Source of the DNA: Camelus dromedarius
Taxonomy: Eukaryota
Direction: 5' to 3'
Length of the DNA: 64,000 bases
Assembly (NCBI RefSeq): GCF_036321535.1
Contig: NC_087447.1
Location: forward strand, 33,668,001-33,732,000
The notes under the pieces are model-generated. The model was not told the DNA's origin. It was given only the letters and a program-made list of their open reading frames with translations, and searched no databases. Made by a program: the position numbers and the translations under genes. Numbering within the stretch: position 1 is the stretch's first letter; every line of letters starts with the position of its first letter. This document shows, one piece after another, positions 12,047 to 23,610 of the stretch.

Positions 12047-12589
12047 TTAATATTTGTCCCCCCTCCCTTACCACCACACACCGTAATCTGCTTGAACAGA
12101 CTACGGGGCTAGCACTCAAGACATATTTGTGAATGAATGAATGAATGAACAAACAGATCCTTCATAGAGAGTTTTTTCCTGACTTTTCAACACATTTCCC
12201 ACAAGTCCACAATGAAGCTTTCTTTATCAAGATCATCCCTATTTTCCCAGACTTGAGATCCTGGTACCTTTTAAACTTGTCACATTCATTCATCTCCAGG
12301 TACCAGCCAGCTGCCATTTCCTGTGGATTCTTCCACCGGAAGGTTTCCTGGGCCTGAGTGGCAACCCCACTGCCCCTGGCCGAGCTCATCAGCAGTCACA
12401 GGTAAGGCGAGCAGTCTCTCAGTTAGCTCCAACTCCCTCAGATCACTCTATTAATTTCATTTAACGACTGTGTTCATTACAATGATAGACCACAATTATT
12501 AGTATCTGATTAGCATTTTAGAGTTTCCAAAGTGGAAACTAGAGTTTCCAAAGTAAAAATCAAATCTATTTACTTTGGTTAAAATATTA

Positions 12590-13140
12590 GCCACCATGTA
12601 TTGGTAACTAATGTGCCAGGCACTGTAGTGATTCCTTTGAGTTTGAAGGAGATATTTATTATTTATTCTATGTTTTCATGGAGGATAAAGCTAGGGTTGG
12701 AAGGGCCTAAGTAATTGGTGCACAATTACTCGGCTCCTTAGTGGAGGGGCAGGATTTGGCCACTGGTTCTGGCTGATTCTGTGACCTACTCTCTGTGCGC
12801 TAATGCTCTCCACTTGTCCTTTATCCACAGTCCCTCAAACTGCAAGAACTCAGGTATCTGGACTCCACCCCTGGCACTTCCTTGTTACTCCTCCATGTCA
12901 CTCCTGCTCAAAGCCATGCAAACGACGGTAAGTGGGTATACTGGAGAAGATGAGCTCTGGGCACAGACTTGGGTTCAAATCCAAGATGTATGATCCACGG
13001 CAAATAGTTTATCCTCTCTGAACCTCAGTTTCTTTTTCTGTAAAGTAAGGAAAGTTAAAACTATGACCTCACAGGGTTGCTTTAAGAACCAAATGAGACA
13101 GTGCAATTACCAGCGTACTCAGCATAAGCTAACCATTACC
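12590..13140. mobile_element. two MIR SINEs in opposite orientation
   Basis: Minus-type copy at 12590-12800 (atgtgccaggcactg...). Plus-type copy at 12960-13140 (ctctctgaacctcagtttc...ctgtaaa). Confidence 0.65.
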
Positions 13141-13608
13141 ATGTCTACTTCTACATCTTTTTACATCAAATCTGAACTCAATCCACCTGTTAAGGCTGCA
13201 TGTAATCGGGCTCCTCTTTTCCTCTCTAACTGCATTTCTCTTTATTCTGAAAAGACTTACCTTTTTGTTCTCTGAGTACATATCAATCATTGCCATTGCT
13301 CTATTTCCAATTATAAAAAAAGATGGATGCTCTTTGAAAAATAAAATCAAACAACACACAAAACTACAGAGAAAAGAAAAAACATTTTCCTGATTCCCAC
13401 CCCCACCAAAAACTAACCACTGTAAAACAGCATTTCTTCTGTGTGTGTATGTTTGTGTGTCACTGTACCTAGATTATATTCTGAAATATGATTTCTTTCA
13501 CTTAACAATATTGAAATACATATTTTCATGTCAGTAAATATAGATCATATCATCATTTATAACAGCTACATAGTATAGTTTAACATATAGTATGGTCTAC
13601 TGATGGAC

Positions 13609-14105
13609 TGTATTGGTTAACTACTGCTGCATAACAAAGCACCCCTAAACTCAATGGCTTAAAACAACTTTAAGAAATATGCATAGTCTATATAAATTAT
13701 AGATATTCTATACAAATTCCATATATACATATCACATGTCTACAGGTTGGCTAGAGTTTGGCTGACCTAGCCTGGCCTCTGCTGGGCAGTTCTGCTTCGG
13801 TTTATAGCTGCTCAATCTATAGACTGGCAAGGATGGCTTTTCTCCATGTGTCTCTCATGCTTTCTGGGGCCAAAGAGACAACTGAGGCATGTTATGGAGA
13901 ATACAAAAACACAAGAGGGAAAGCATAAACACCTGAAGTCTGTTAAAGTTTAGGCTTGCTGTCGCTTCTGTCCACATACCATTGACCAATGCACACCACA
14001 TGACCAAGTCCAAAGTCAAGGGATGGGGAAATGGACTTTACTTATGAAGAAGACATGCGCAGACTGAGGTGAAGAATTAAGACCAACTATTCAATTTATT
14101 TCATA
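13609..14105 (-). mobile_element. MaLR LTR (MLT1 family)
   Basis: Begins tgtattggttaactactgctgcataacaaagcacccctaaactcaatggcttaaaacaac, the reverse of an MLT1 3' end. Nested in an older antisense L1 (~13300-15420). Confidence 0.85.
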
Positions 14106-14231
14106 GACAATCAGTTTTGATTCCAATTTGTTATTATTATGGGCCATTTTTAACCTCTTTGAACATACTCTTTTGTTTACTTGTCCAATTTTATCTTCTT
14201 TTGATAAATTTCTAAAGTCAAATTGCTATGT

Positions 14232-14640
14232 GATACAGATGGCCAACAGGAAAATAAAAAGATGCTCAGTATCACTAATTATCAGAGAAAAGCAAATCAA
14301 AATTACAATGTGGTATCACCTCACACTGGTCAGGATGGCCATCATTAAAAATTTCACTAATGATAAATGTTGGGAAGGTGTGGAAAAAAAGGAACCTTCC
14401 TACACTATTGGTGGAAATGCAATTTGGTGCAGCCACTATGGAAAACAGAATGGAGATTCATTAAAAATCTAAAAAAAGTCTTACCATTTGATACAGCAAT
14501 CTCATTCCTGGGCATACATCCAGAGAAAACTCTGATTTGAAGAGATACATGCACCCCAATGTTCATAGCAGCACTATTTACAATAGCCAAGACATGGAAG
14601 AAAACTAAATGTCCATTGACAGATGACTGAATAAAGATGT

Positions 14641-14682
<42 letters not shown>

Positions 14683-15142
14683 TGTATGTGTGTGTGTGTA
14701 TAAAATGGAATACTACTCAGCCATAAAAAGAATGAAATAATGCCATTTATAGCAATACGGATGGACCAAGAGATTATCATACTAAGTGAAATAAGTCAGA
14801 TAAAGACAAATATCATATGATATCACTTATATGTGAAATCTAAAAAAATGATACAAATGAACTTATTTACAAAACAGAAAGAGACTCACAGACACAGAAA
14901 ATAAACTTATGGTTACCAGAGGGGAAAGTTAGGGGAGGGATAAATTGGGAATTTGGGATTAGCAGATACAAACTACTATATACAGAATAGATAAATAAGG
15001 TCCTACTGTATAGCACAGGGAATTATATTCAATAACTTGTAATAGCCTATAATGAAAAAAAAATGAAGAATATATAAGTATAATTGAATCACTATGATTT
15101 ACACCAGAAACTAACACATTGTAAATCAACTATAATTTACAA
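14232..15142 (+). mobile_element. 5'-truncated L1 (ORF2 C-terminus + 3'UTR) with TSD
   Basis: ORF 14128..14472 contains the L1 ORF2 C-terminal motif [19 protein letters not shown]...CW. TSD aaattgctatgt (14220-14231) / aaatcgctatgt (15143-15154). Confidence 0.92.
14642..14699. repeat. (TG)n microsatellite
   Basis: Long, slightly interrupted TG run inside the L1. Confidence 0.95.
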
Positions 15143-16183
15143 AAATCGCTATGTCAAAGAGCATATGCATTTCAAATATTGATGCATACTGTCTAATAGT
15201 ATTCCAAAAAGATTGTATACTCCTAGTAACAGTGTAAGAGAGTGCTGGTTTCCTCATACTTTTGCCACTACTAGATTTTTGTCAATTAAATTAAAAAAAA
15301 ATCTGTGCCTTGATAAAGTATGATATCTTAATTTTATTGCATCTATTAATGAGGTTAGAAATATTTTTGTTTGTTGGCCTTTTAGATATATACTTTTTGA
15401 ATGACCCCTTCATGGCCTTTACCTCAACTCATTCTTTTTGAAATAAAATTAGATTTTCACAAAACTAGGATGAAGTCCCTGCTAGCTTCTCTTAACCGCA
15501 CTCTTGTGGAATTTTGTGTGCCATCACCTCACCACCATCCCTCTTACTGAGCAAATGTAATCAGCTAAGTCAGCAAGAAGGCAAAGCACTGGAAAGGTTC
15601 ATGCCCTTCACCTGACTGGGAAAAAGCCATGGATATGAGATAGCTACGGAAGGTCAGAACCTGGAGCCAGTCTTCCAGGAAGGGTGACGATTCTTGCTTC
15701 TGATGGTGCTGACTCAGAAGGAAGAGGCATACTACAAAATTACTTTTTTTTTTTCTCAATGGCAAGGAAAAATTTCTCTATAGTCAATGTCATGGGATAT
15801 CTGAATGGTTTCTAGTTAAGGGCATTTTAATTTAAATGTTCGCGCATCTAAAATCACAGTCCCAGTTGGCAGGTTCTGGGAAGAAAACGGCAAATCCTAA
15901 ATCCTTCTGGTGTGGCTAGAAATGCTTTAAATTCAGAAAAGAATGTCAAGAGAGTATTCCTTCCCACCCCTTTGCCTTCTTCCAGATCACTCGATAGGGA
16001 ACCTGAGAGTTGGGGAGACTGGAATGATCGAGCTGGAAGCTGAATGATATGAGAATAACAACAAAGACAATAACAGCTTACACTCATATAGCACTTTTTA
16101 GATGTCTGGCATTGCTCTACCCACTTTACATGTATGTTAACTCATTTAATCCTTAAAACAACCATATATTTTTTGAGGTATTA

Positions 16184-16715
16184 AAGCATACCTCATTGTA
16201 TTGCACTTCACCTTAGTTCTTTGTAGATACTGCTTTTATTTTATTTTATTTTATTTTATTTTATTTTATTTTATTTTATTTTATTTTTTTTTTTACAAAC
16301 TGAAGGTTTGGGGCAACCCTGTGTTGAGTAAGTCTATGGGTGCCATTTTTCCAACAGCATTTGCTTACTTTGTGTTTCTGTGCCACATTTTGGTAATTCT
16401 CACACTATTTCAAGCTTTTCATTATTATTATATTTGCTATGGTGATCTGTGATCAATGATCTTTGATATTACCACTACAACTCACTGAGGGCTCAGATGC
16501 TAGTTAGCATTTTTAGCAATAAGGCATTTTTAAATTAAGATATGAACATTGTTTTAGACGTAATACTGTTGCACACTCAATAGATTATAGTATGGTATAA
16601 ACATAACTTTTTGTACACTGGGAAACCAAAAGATTCACTTGATTCACTTTATTGCAATATTTGCTTTGCTGTGGTGGTATGGAACTAAACCCACAATATC
16701 TCCGAGATATGCCTG
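16184..16715 (-). mobile_element. Tigger1-derived internally deleted DNA transposon, nested in a MIR
   Basis: Both inverted termini are present (gcatacctc... and ...ccacaatatctccgagatatgcctg). The MIR halves lie at ~16065-16180 and 16716-16855. A (TTTTA)n repeat lies at 16233-16285. Confidence 0.88.
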
Positions 16716-16877
16716 CATTATTATTTCTATTTTACGGCTGAGTAAACTCAGACAGATAGGTTATATCTGCCCCAGGACCCATAACTAGTCAATGGTGGAA
16801 CCAGGATTCAAACTTTACTGGTCTGGCTCCAGAGTCTGTGCTTTAATTACTTTGCTAGAATTTCTCCAAATGTATAG

Positions 16878-17100
16878 CATGTCCCCAAGTGGATTCTAAG
16901 GAACATTGATCCTTCAGGATGCTGAAATGCTATTACATGAAAAAAGAAACCTTGGGTAGAGGTTAAAGGTCTCTTTCCCTCGGCACTTCTTAGGGTCTGT
17001 ACGATGTCAATCTCAATGGTATATTTTAAAGAAGCAAATTAACTTTGCAGCATTCCCAAACACATTTGACCCTTTAAAATCCATAGACCACATGTTGTTA
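16878..17100. mobile_element. hAT-Charlie-type MITE fragment
   Basis: cccaagtggattctaaggaaca...gcagcattcccaaacacatttgacc resembles old hAT-Charlie MERs. Subfamily not certain. Confidence 0.5.
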
Positions 17101-17134
17101 AACACTAGTAGAGAGGGCTTTGGGGTCAGCTACA

Positions 17135-17579
17135 CGAGCCCACTGGAGCTGGCTGGCATCAGCTCGGGAGAGCCAACTGTTAAACTTCCAGGGACTGTGA
17201 AAGCCAGTTGTTCAACTCGGTTCTTACTAAAAATTAAATTATATAAATTACAATTAAATTATATTACAAAGGTAATGGATACTCAAAACTTACCACTTCC
17301 TAATTACTTTACTACACTTTACTATAACCTATGCTCTTAAGGTTATTTCTGTCTATATGTCTATTTATGTTGTTGTGTCTACATGGTGGAAATATCTGTG
17401 ATCGCTTAAGCATCTGTTCCCACCTCCAAGTTCAGTGATGTCATGTTGGTAGCTTGAAGTCAGCCATGGTAAGAGTATATACCACCAAAATTGTCAAAGG
17501 CTCCAAATAAGAGCTCTTTTGAGGGGAACAGGTCTGTTTTTGTAGAAATAGATGTTAAATACTTACCAGCACACCACTG
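17135..17579 (+). mobile_element. MER63-like hAT-Blackjack DNA transposon
   Basis: ctggagctggct...gagagccaactgttaaa...aaaattaaattatataaa...ttaccagcacaccactg terminus. Confidence 0.85.
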
Positions 17580-17709
17580 CAGACACATATGCTTAAAATA
17601 CTGACTTCACTGTAAGTGCGATTTTGAGAAAATGATTCACTGCTTTTGAACTTTGATCTCCTATTTCTTAAGATTGTTGTGAGGGTGACATAACTAGACT
17701 GAATTAAAG

Positions 17710-17865
17710 CAATGGTTCCTACACAGGGGTGCAAAGCAGAATCACTATGGATTCCTGAGAGCTACTCAAGACCTATAGTATAAGAATCTCCAGGATGGTG
17801 CCCAGGGAGCTGCATTTTAAATAAGGCTCCTAGGACATGCAGAAATGCATTTGGGAACAAGTAGT
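17710..17865. mobile_element. MER5-type hAT MITE
   Basis: caatggttc...agaatcac...agaatctccagg...ctgcattttaaataaggctcc...ttgggaac. Confidence 0.65.
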
Positions 17866-19424
17866 TAAAGCCACTAGTAGAAACAAATAAATTTCTAGAC
17901 TAACAAGCTATGATGAGTTATGTTTCTCTTCCCCTCCAGCATTAGTAGCAAGCACAAAATCAAGATTTCTCTCTCCCAAGTGTGACTCTGATATAGAGCT
18001 GAGGCAGAGAAAGGGTCCCCCCGTTTTGCCTCCGCCTTAGAGCTACTTCGCGTCTAAAATTCTCTATAGGTAACCAAACTAGGATAGGACCATTTCTCTA
18101 GGACATCCAAAGGATATGCAAATAACCCAGTTATGAACATGAGCTTTTTCACTTGTCTTGCACCCAAATTGTGACAGCAAGGCCAAGACACCAGGACCAG
18201 TGCAGGCCACGCTAACCCTCTGCACATCACTCACACCTGAACAAGGCCAACAGCCAAGGCTGATATACCCAGTCAGACCCCCGAGGTGGACATCCCAGAC
18301 ACCACTCCGCCTCTATCCAGCCCCAGCTCGACTACCAGAGGGTTCACTAGTTTTGGCTCAATTTAAAAGGTTTTATTTTTATTATCTAGGAGATATAATA
18401 CACACACACACATGGTTATAAAATCCAAACAAAGACTACAAGAGATCATCATAATAATAAAACAAGATTCCCTTGCCCCAGTCCTCTTCAATCCCATTCC
18501 TCCTTCCCACACCCAACTTCTTTTAATTTGTTGAACAATTTCTGTTCAAAATTTTTCTAGCCATCACTTTTACATTCCTAACTAATATATTAATATATAT
18601 TTATATCTCTACTTTTTGATGTGTCCATTTGAGGCAGTATCTATCATTACCTTTCTCTATAATAGAAGAGGGTTTCACTTGCTTAACTAGCCTAAACTTC
18701 CCACTATCAATTTCTCTTCCTATTATAATTGTTACTGTAAAATCCCATCGACAAGAGATTCTGATGAAGTTCTTACTTCATCAGACAAATTTTCATGTTC
18801 GTACTTTCTCCTCCCCTGCTTTTCTGCACCCACCGCTTTCTGCTCCCAGCTAATGTCTCCGTCCTGTCCTTCCACATGAGGAAGGCTAAACAGACTTCTG
18901 TGAGCTGTAGCCTGCCCGGCCATGGATGAGATTTTGAGATTAAGTGACTACCGTGATCTTCCTGGCTCAGCATATTCAGAACTGTCATCAAATGCTGGTC
19001 ACATATCATGGCAGGAAACAGAGAACGTAATTTGGAATTCCCTCAGCTATCCCTGTGTCTATTTAGGAAAAGATGGGCTCTTTTTTTCCCCCCTGGATTA
19101 TAGGCGTCGTCTCATTTAACCAAACACCATGGAAGAGCATGAGAAGCCAGGGCAGATGAAGGTGTGAGGGGAAGAAATCCTATTAGGGTTCCCAGCAGGA
19201 GGGTCACTGGAGACATACACACACTAATGAAAACAGACCTGGGGCTCCATTCACACTCATGTGGTCTCCGCTCCAGTCAACGAGGCGAGGGGAGAAAATG
19301 TGCTATTTGCTTTCAGAAAACAGTCCAATGGCACTTCTTAAACCACACAAAAGGTTTTGCTCTTTCAACACCCTTTAGGATAGAGATGGGGATAAAAACA
19401 TGACTTAAAAACATCCTTGTTACA

Positions 19425-19580
19425 GGGAAATATATACAAGATCTTGTGGTAGCTCACAGTGAAAAAAACGTGACAATGAATATATATATGTTCACGTAGA
19501 ACTGAAAAATTGTGCTCTACACTGGAATTTGACACAACATTGTAAAATGACTATAACTCAATAAAAAAAGTTAAAAAAAA
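19425..19580 (+). mobile_element. short L1 3' end (same family as 8851-9428)
   Basis: aaaattgtgctctacactggaatttgacacaacattgtaaaatgactataactcaataaaaaa is the reverse complement of ~8889-8949. A-tail present. Confidence 0.9.
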
Positions 19581-20869
19581 ACCCTTGCTGTCACTATTGT
19601 GATAAAACTCTAGAAGTTACCTGGTAAAGATTTCTCATTAGCCAAAATATTCCTAATTATTACTGATTTATTAGTTAATGTAGCCATGTGTTGAAGAGAT
19701 TTTTGGAGTCACTCATAATTTTGTCCTAGTTTCCTTACCTATTAATTCATAAATAGGGAAAACAGTATTAAAATGTTTTAGAAATAATTTGATTTTTTTA
19801 AAGGAAGCTTAAACTGTATCTCTGCACGCAGTTTCCACACACTTACCAAAACAGCAGAATTAGCCTTTGCCAATTCTAAAATATACCAAATTGTGTACTT
19901 TTTGAAAAGGATCAACGTGCAAGTCAATTAAAAATATGTAAACGTGTATATGTTGACTAAACGACTCATCCATATGCAAACCCAGGGTTCTTCCATGGGC
20001 TCAGACCATATAATGGTGTTAGGCTCCGAAATTTTAAAACATGCGGGGTTGAGAAATAAGAAACATTTACATATGTACAAATGATACCAAGAGGTTTTCT
20101 GATTTCAGGAAGGCAAAATAAAGTTATTCATAGGTGATAAAAGAGGAGAAACTGCTACAGTATCACTGGTTAATTACAGCACACCACTCGTCTAGATTAT
20201 TGGTCAGTAGATGTTGAATTCATTTTTTTAACTCAACAGATATTTATTGAGATCTTACTATGGGCCAGGGCACAACACAGCAGTTAATAAAACAGACAAA
20301 AACCCCACTCCTCCAGGAGCTTACATTCTAGTAGAGGGAGAAAGGAAATAGAAAAGATAAACTGGTAAACCAGATAGCATGTCAGATGGCTCTGAGAGAA
20401 ATAAAGAGGGGAAGGGGACTGGGAGTGTGAGGGGTGGGGTCTGCCACCTTTAATTGGCTGGTCAGAAAAATCTTGTTGAAAAACTGACTTTTGAGTCTAG
20501 TCCTGAAGGAGATGAGGGAATGAGTTAGGTGACCATCTTGGGGAAGAGCTTTTTAGGCAGAAGGATTAGCCTCAGAAGGAGCCAGAGGGAGGCCAGGGTG
20601 CTGGAGGTGAGTCAGCGGGAGTAGCAGAAAGCTTCAAGAGGTAAGTCATAGGGCGTGAGGTTGTGTGGGGCTTTGTAGGCCAGTGGAGGGACTTATGCTT
20701 TTATTCCGAGTCACATGTAAACCTTCTGTGAGTGGTTTGAGTACAGGAATCGCAATCTGATGTACATCATAAGAGAATTACTTTAGCTGATATATTGAGA
20801 ATAGATGGGGGCAGGGTTCAGGGGTCAAAAGCAGAAAAACCCATTAGGAGGGTCTTACAATAACATAGG

Positions 20870-22414
20870 TCAGTGGTTCTTGGAACTTTTTTGGTTCCAG
20901 GACCCACTTACATTCTTAAAAATGATTAAGAGAGTGTTTGTTTATATGGGTTATATTTATTGATATTGATCATAATAGAAATTAAAGCTGAGAAACATTT
21001 ATAACATTTAGGTATTAGTTCACTGAATAATAATCAACCCACACATGTTTACAGAAGTAACATTTTTTTAATGAAAAGAACTATATTTTTAAAAACAAAA
21101 TTTTTAGTGAGAGGAGTGGTGATGTTTAGCATTTTTACAAATATCTATTATTTGGTTTGGATGAACACAGCTGGATTATCATAGCGGCTTCTGCATTCAG
21201 TCTGTTATGATACGCTGTTTGAGTTGAGGTGTCTGAAGAAAAAATATGGCTTCATAAAGATAGTCTTCTTCAGACTAAATTCAAATATGATGAATGGCTT
21301 ATCTTGCCCTTTGAATGGGTATTTGTTAACATGATGCATCTGGTGGTGGAGGAGGAGGGACAGAAATATTCACTGAATTACACAGATCTTCCAAATGTTG
21401 ACACATTTTCTATACAGTATCACAGATCAGGTATACCACTGACCAGGTTCAGGACATGCTACCCGAAAATATGGCACCTTGGCATAGTGAATATTCCAAG
21501 CTCAAAGTCTGAGAAATGACATGTGAAGGAAAATTTTTTTCTTTCCTTTTTTTCTATTTTGCCCCCTGTATCCTGTCACATCGTCCCACATCTTTTCCAC
21601 TCTTCATCAAAACATAAAACGTTCAAGTTCAACTGTTTCTTCAGGTCTTCGTTTATTTCCTTTTGAAGGCTCATGTGTCATGTGAAACATAGCAAACAAA
21701 TTTGGATGCTTTTCTCTTGTTAATCTGTTTTGTTACAGAGGTCTCCGTCTAGAAGTTAAGAGGGTAGTGGAAAAAGTTTTTTTTCCTCCCCTACACCACT
21801 AACCTCAGTCTTTAAGAACTGGGAAGCCCTCAAGCTCATGGTGGTGGGTACATGTTTTCCAAAACTCTAATTTCAGCTTGAAAACTTGAAATTTATCGTG
21901 ACCAACAAAATCTATCAGTTTGAACTGATAAGTTCATTTTTTTTTTCCTTTTGCAGGACAATGTCTGCCATAGTCTCTTAGTCATTACTTCAGGTACAAA
22001 TGATGATCCATGAAAAAAGTGGCCAATTCAGCTCACAATCACTCAAGTGCTTTTCCTGGAGACAAATACTGTTACTGCAGCATGCAACAACAGTGCTTTA
22101 TCAGTATCATACATAGTATCAAAAAAGACATGTACTCAAGGGTCAAGATTTAATGAAATTAGTATTTCTTTACAGCTTCATCAAGGACATTTTAAAGAAA
22201 TTACCAGGCAATGAAGAACACAAGGACTAGTAGTGTAGTTTGGTGCCTTGATCTGTGCTATTTTACCCACAATTGCTTTTGCACTATCAGTATAAATGTC
22301 ATTACAGTGAAAAAGGCAAACAATGGCTTAGTACTATTACAAAAAGGTTTGATCTTCTGGACTTTCTGGAAATGGTTTTTTTTTTTTTTTGCATCCACAT
22401 TTTAAGAACTAGTG
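20870..22414 (-). mobile_element. Charlie1-type hAT DNA transposon
   Basis: Termini cagtggttct... and ...taagaactagtg. Body text ttttggttccaggaccc...tgggttatatttattgatatt...tagaaattaaa matches Charlie1 as I recall it. Confidence 0.8.
21440..21795 (+). mobile_element. MER34/MER39-like ERV1 solo LTR (shortened)
   Basis: TG...CA termini (tgaccaggttcaggacatgctacccgaaaatatggcacc...ttcctcccctaca). Perfect 4-bp TSD ccac at 21436-21439 and 21796-21799. Confidence 0.88.
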
Positions 22415-23111
22415 ATCTTAGTGAAAGATGGTGGTTTGGACCAGCGTGGCAGTAATGAAAGGAGTGAGAACTCTTTTGGTTCTGTATTTATTTTGAAGGT
22501 AGATTCTATAAGATTTGCTGGCCAGCTTGGATGTGGCATGAAAGAAAGAGGTCAAGGATTATGACTAAGTTTTCTGGCCTGAGCTACAGAAAGATGAAGT
22601 TCCATTAGTGAATGGAGGAAGATAGCAGGAACCAGGTTATGGGACGATCAGAAATTGTTTTGAATGTTAATTTTGAGATGCCCAGGAGACATCTAAGTAG
22701 AGATGTCACGTAAGCCAGTTGGATATAGGCTGCCGTGGAAGAAAGATGGCTGGAGGTAAACATTTAGGATTCATCAGAGTCTTCATATTTAAAATCATAA
22801 AACAGGATGAAATCGCCATGGGATGGAAGATGGACAGAAACAAGGTCCCAGGACTAAGGTGCCAACATGTAGGTGAACGGTTGAGAAAAAACCAACAAAG
22901 GAAACAGCAGAGTTGCCGCAGAGAAAGGAGGAAAGTGAGGAAAGTGTTTCTAGAAGAGTGATCATCAACACTGAACACCACTGGCAGAGCAAGAAAACTG
23001 AGAGCTGACAATTCGTCATTGGAATTAGCAACATGCAGTTCACTGGTGACCTTAAAAAGCATAGTTTCAATGGAGTGTTGGAGGCAAAAGTCCTGCTGAG
23101 AGGGGGCTTAA

Positions 23112-23610
23112 GAAAGACTTGTACACAAATGTACACAGCAACTTTATTCCTAACAGCCACAACCTGGAAATAATCCAAATGTTCGCCAACAGGTGAGTGG
23201 ATAAACAAATGAGTAGAATCCCATTTATAATGTGGAATAATATCTAGCAATAAAAAGAAATGGACTAAAATGGACTACTGACACACATCAGTACGGATGA
23301 ATCTCAAAAAACATTGTGCTGAAAGAAGCTGGAAATGAAGGACTATATACTACACGATTCCATTTATATGATGTTCTAAAATAGGCAAAACAAATTTATA
23401 TTGCTAGAAATCAGATTAGTGTTTACCTGGGGAGGGGAGTGGGGACCAGTTTTAACTGCAAGAGGAGCAAGAAAACTTTTTGCTATGAAGAAAACGTTCT
23501 AAATATTAATATGGGTGCTAATTATATGCATACATTTGTCAAAGCTCATTATACTGTGCACTTAAAATGTGTGCATTTTGTTGTTTATAAATTAGACCTC
23601 AATACAGTTG
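23112..23610 (+). mobile_element. old L1 3'-end fragment inserted in the L2
   Basis: aagacttgtacacaaatgtacacagcaactttattc...tacatttgtcaaagctcatt. Confidence 0.85.

Noticed and set aside
19838..19850. Minus-strand donor-like TTG|gtaagt
   Set aside because: No convincing matching acceptor or reading frame nearby.
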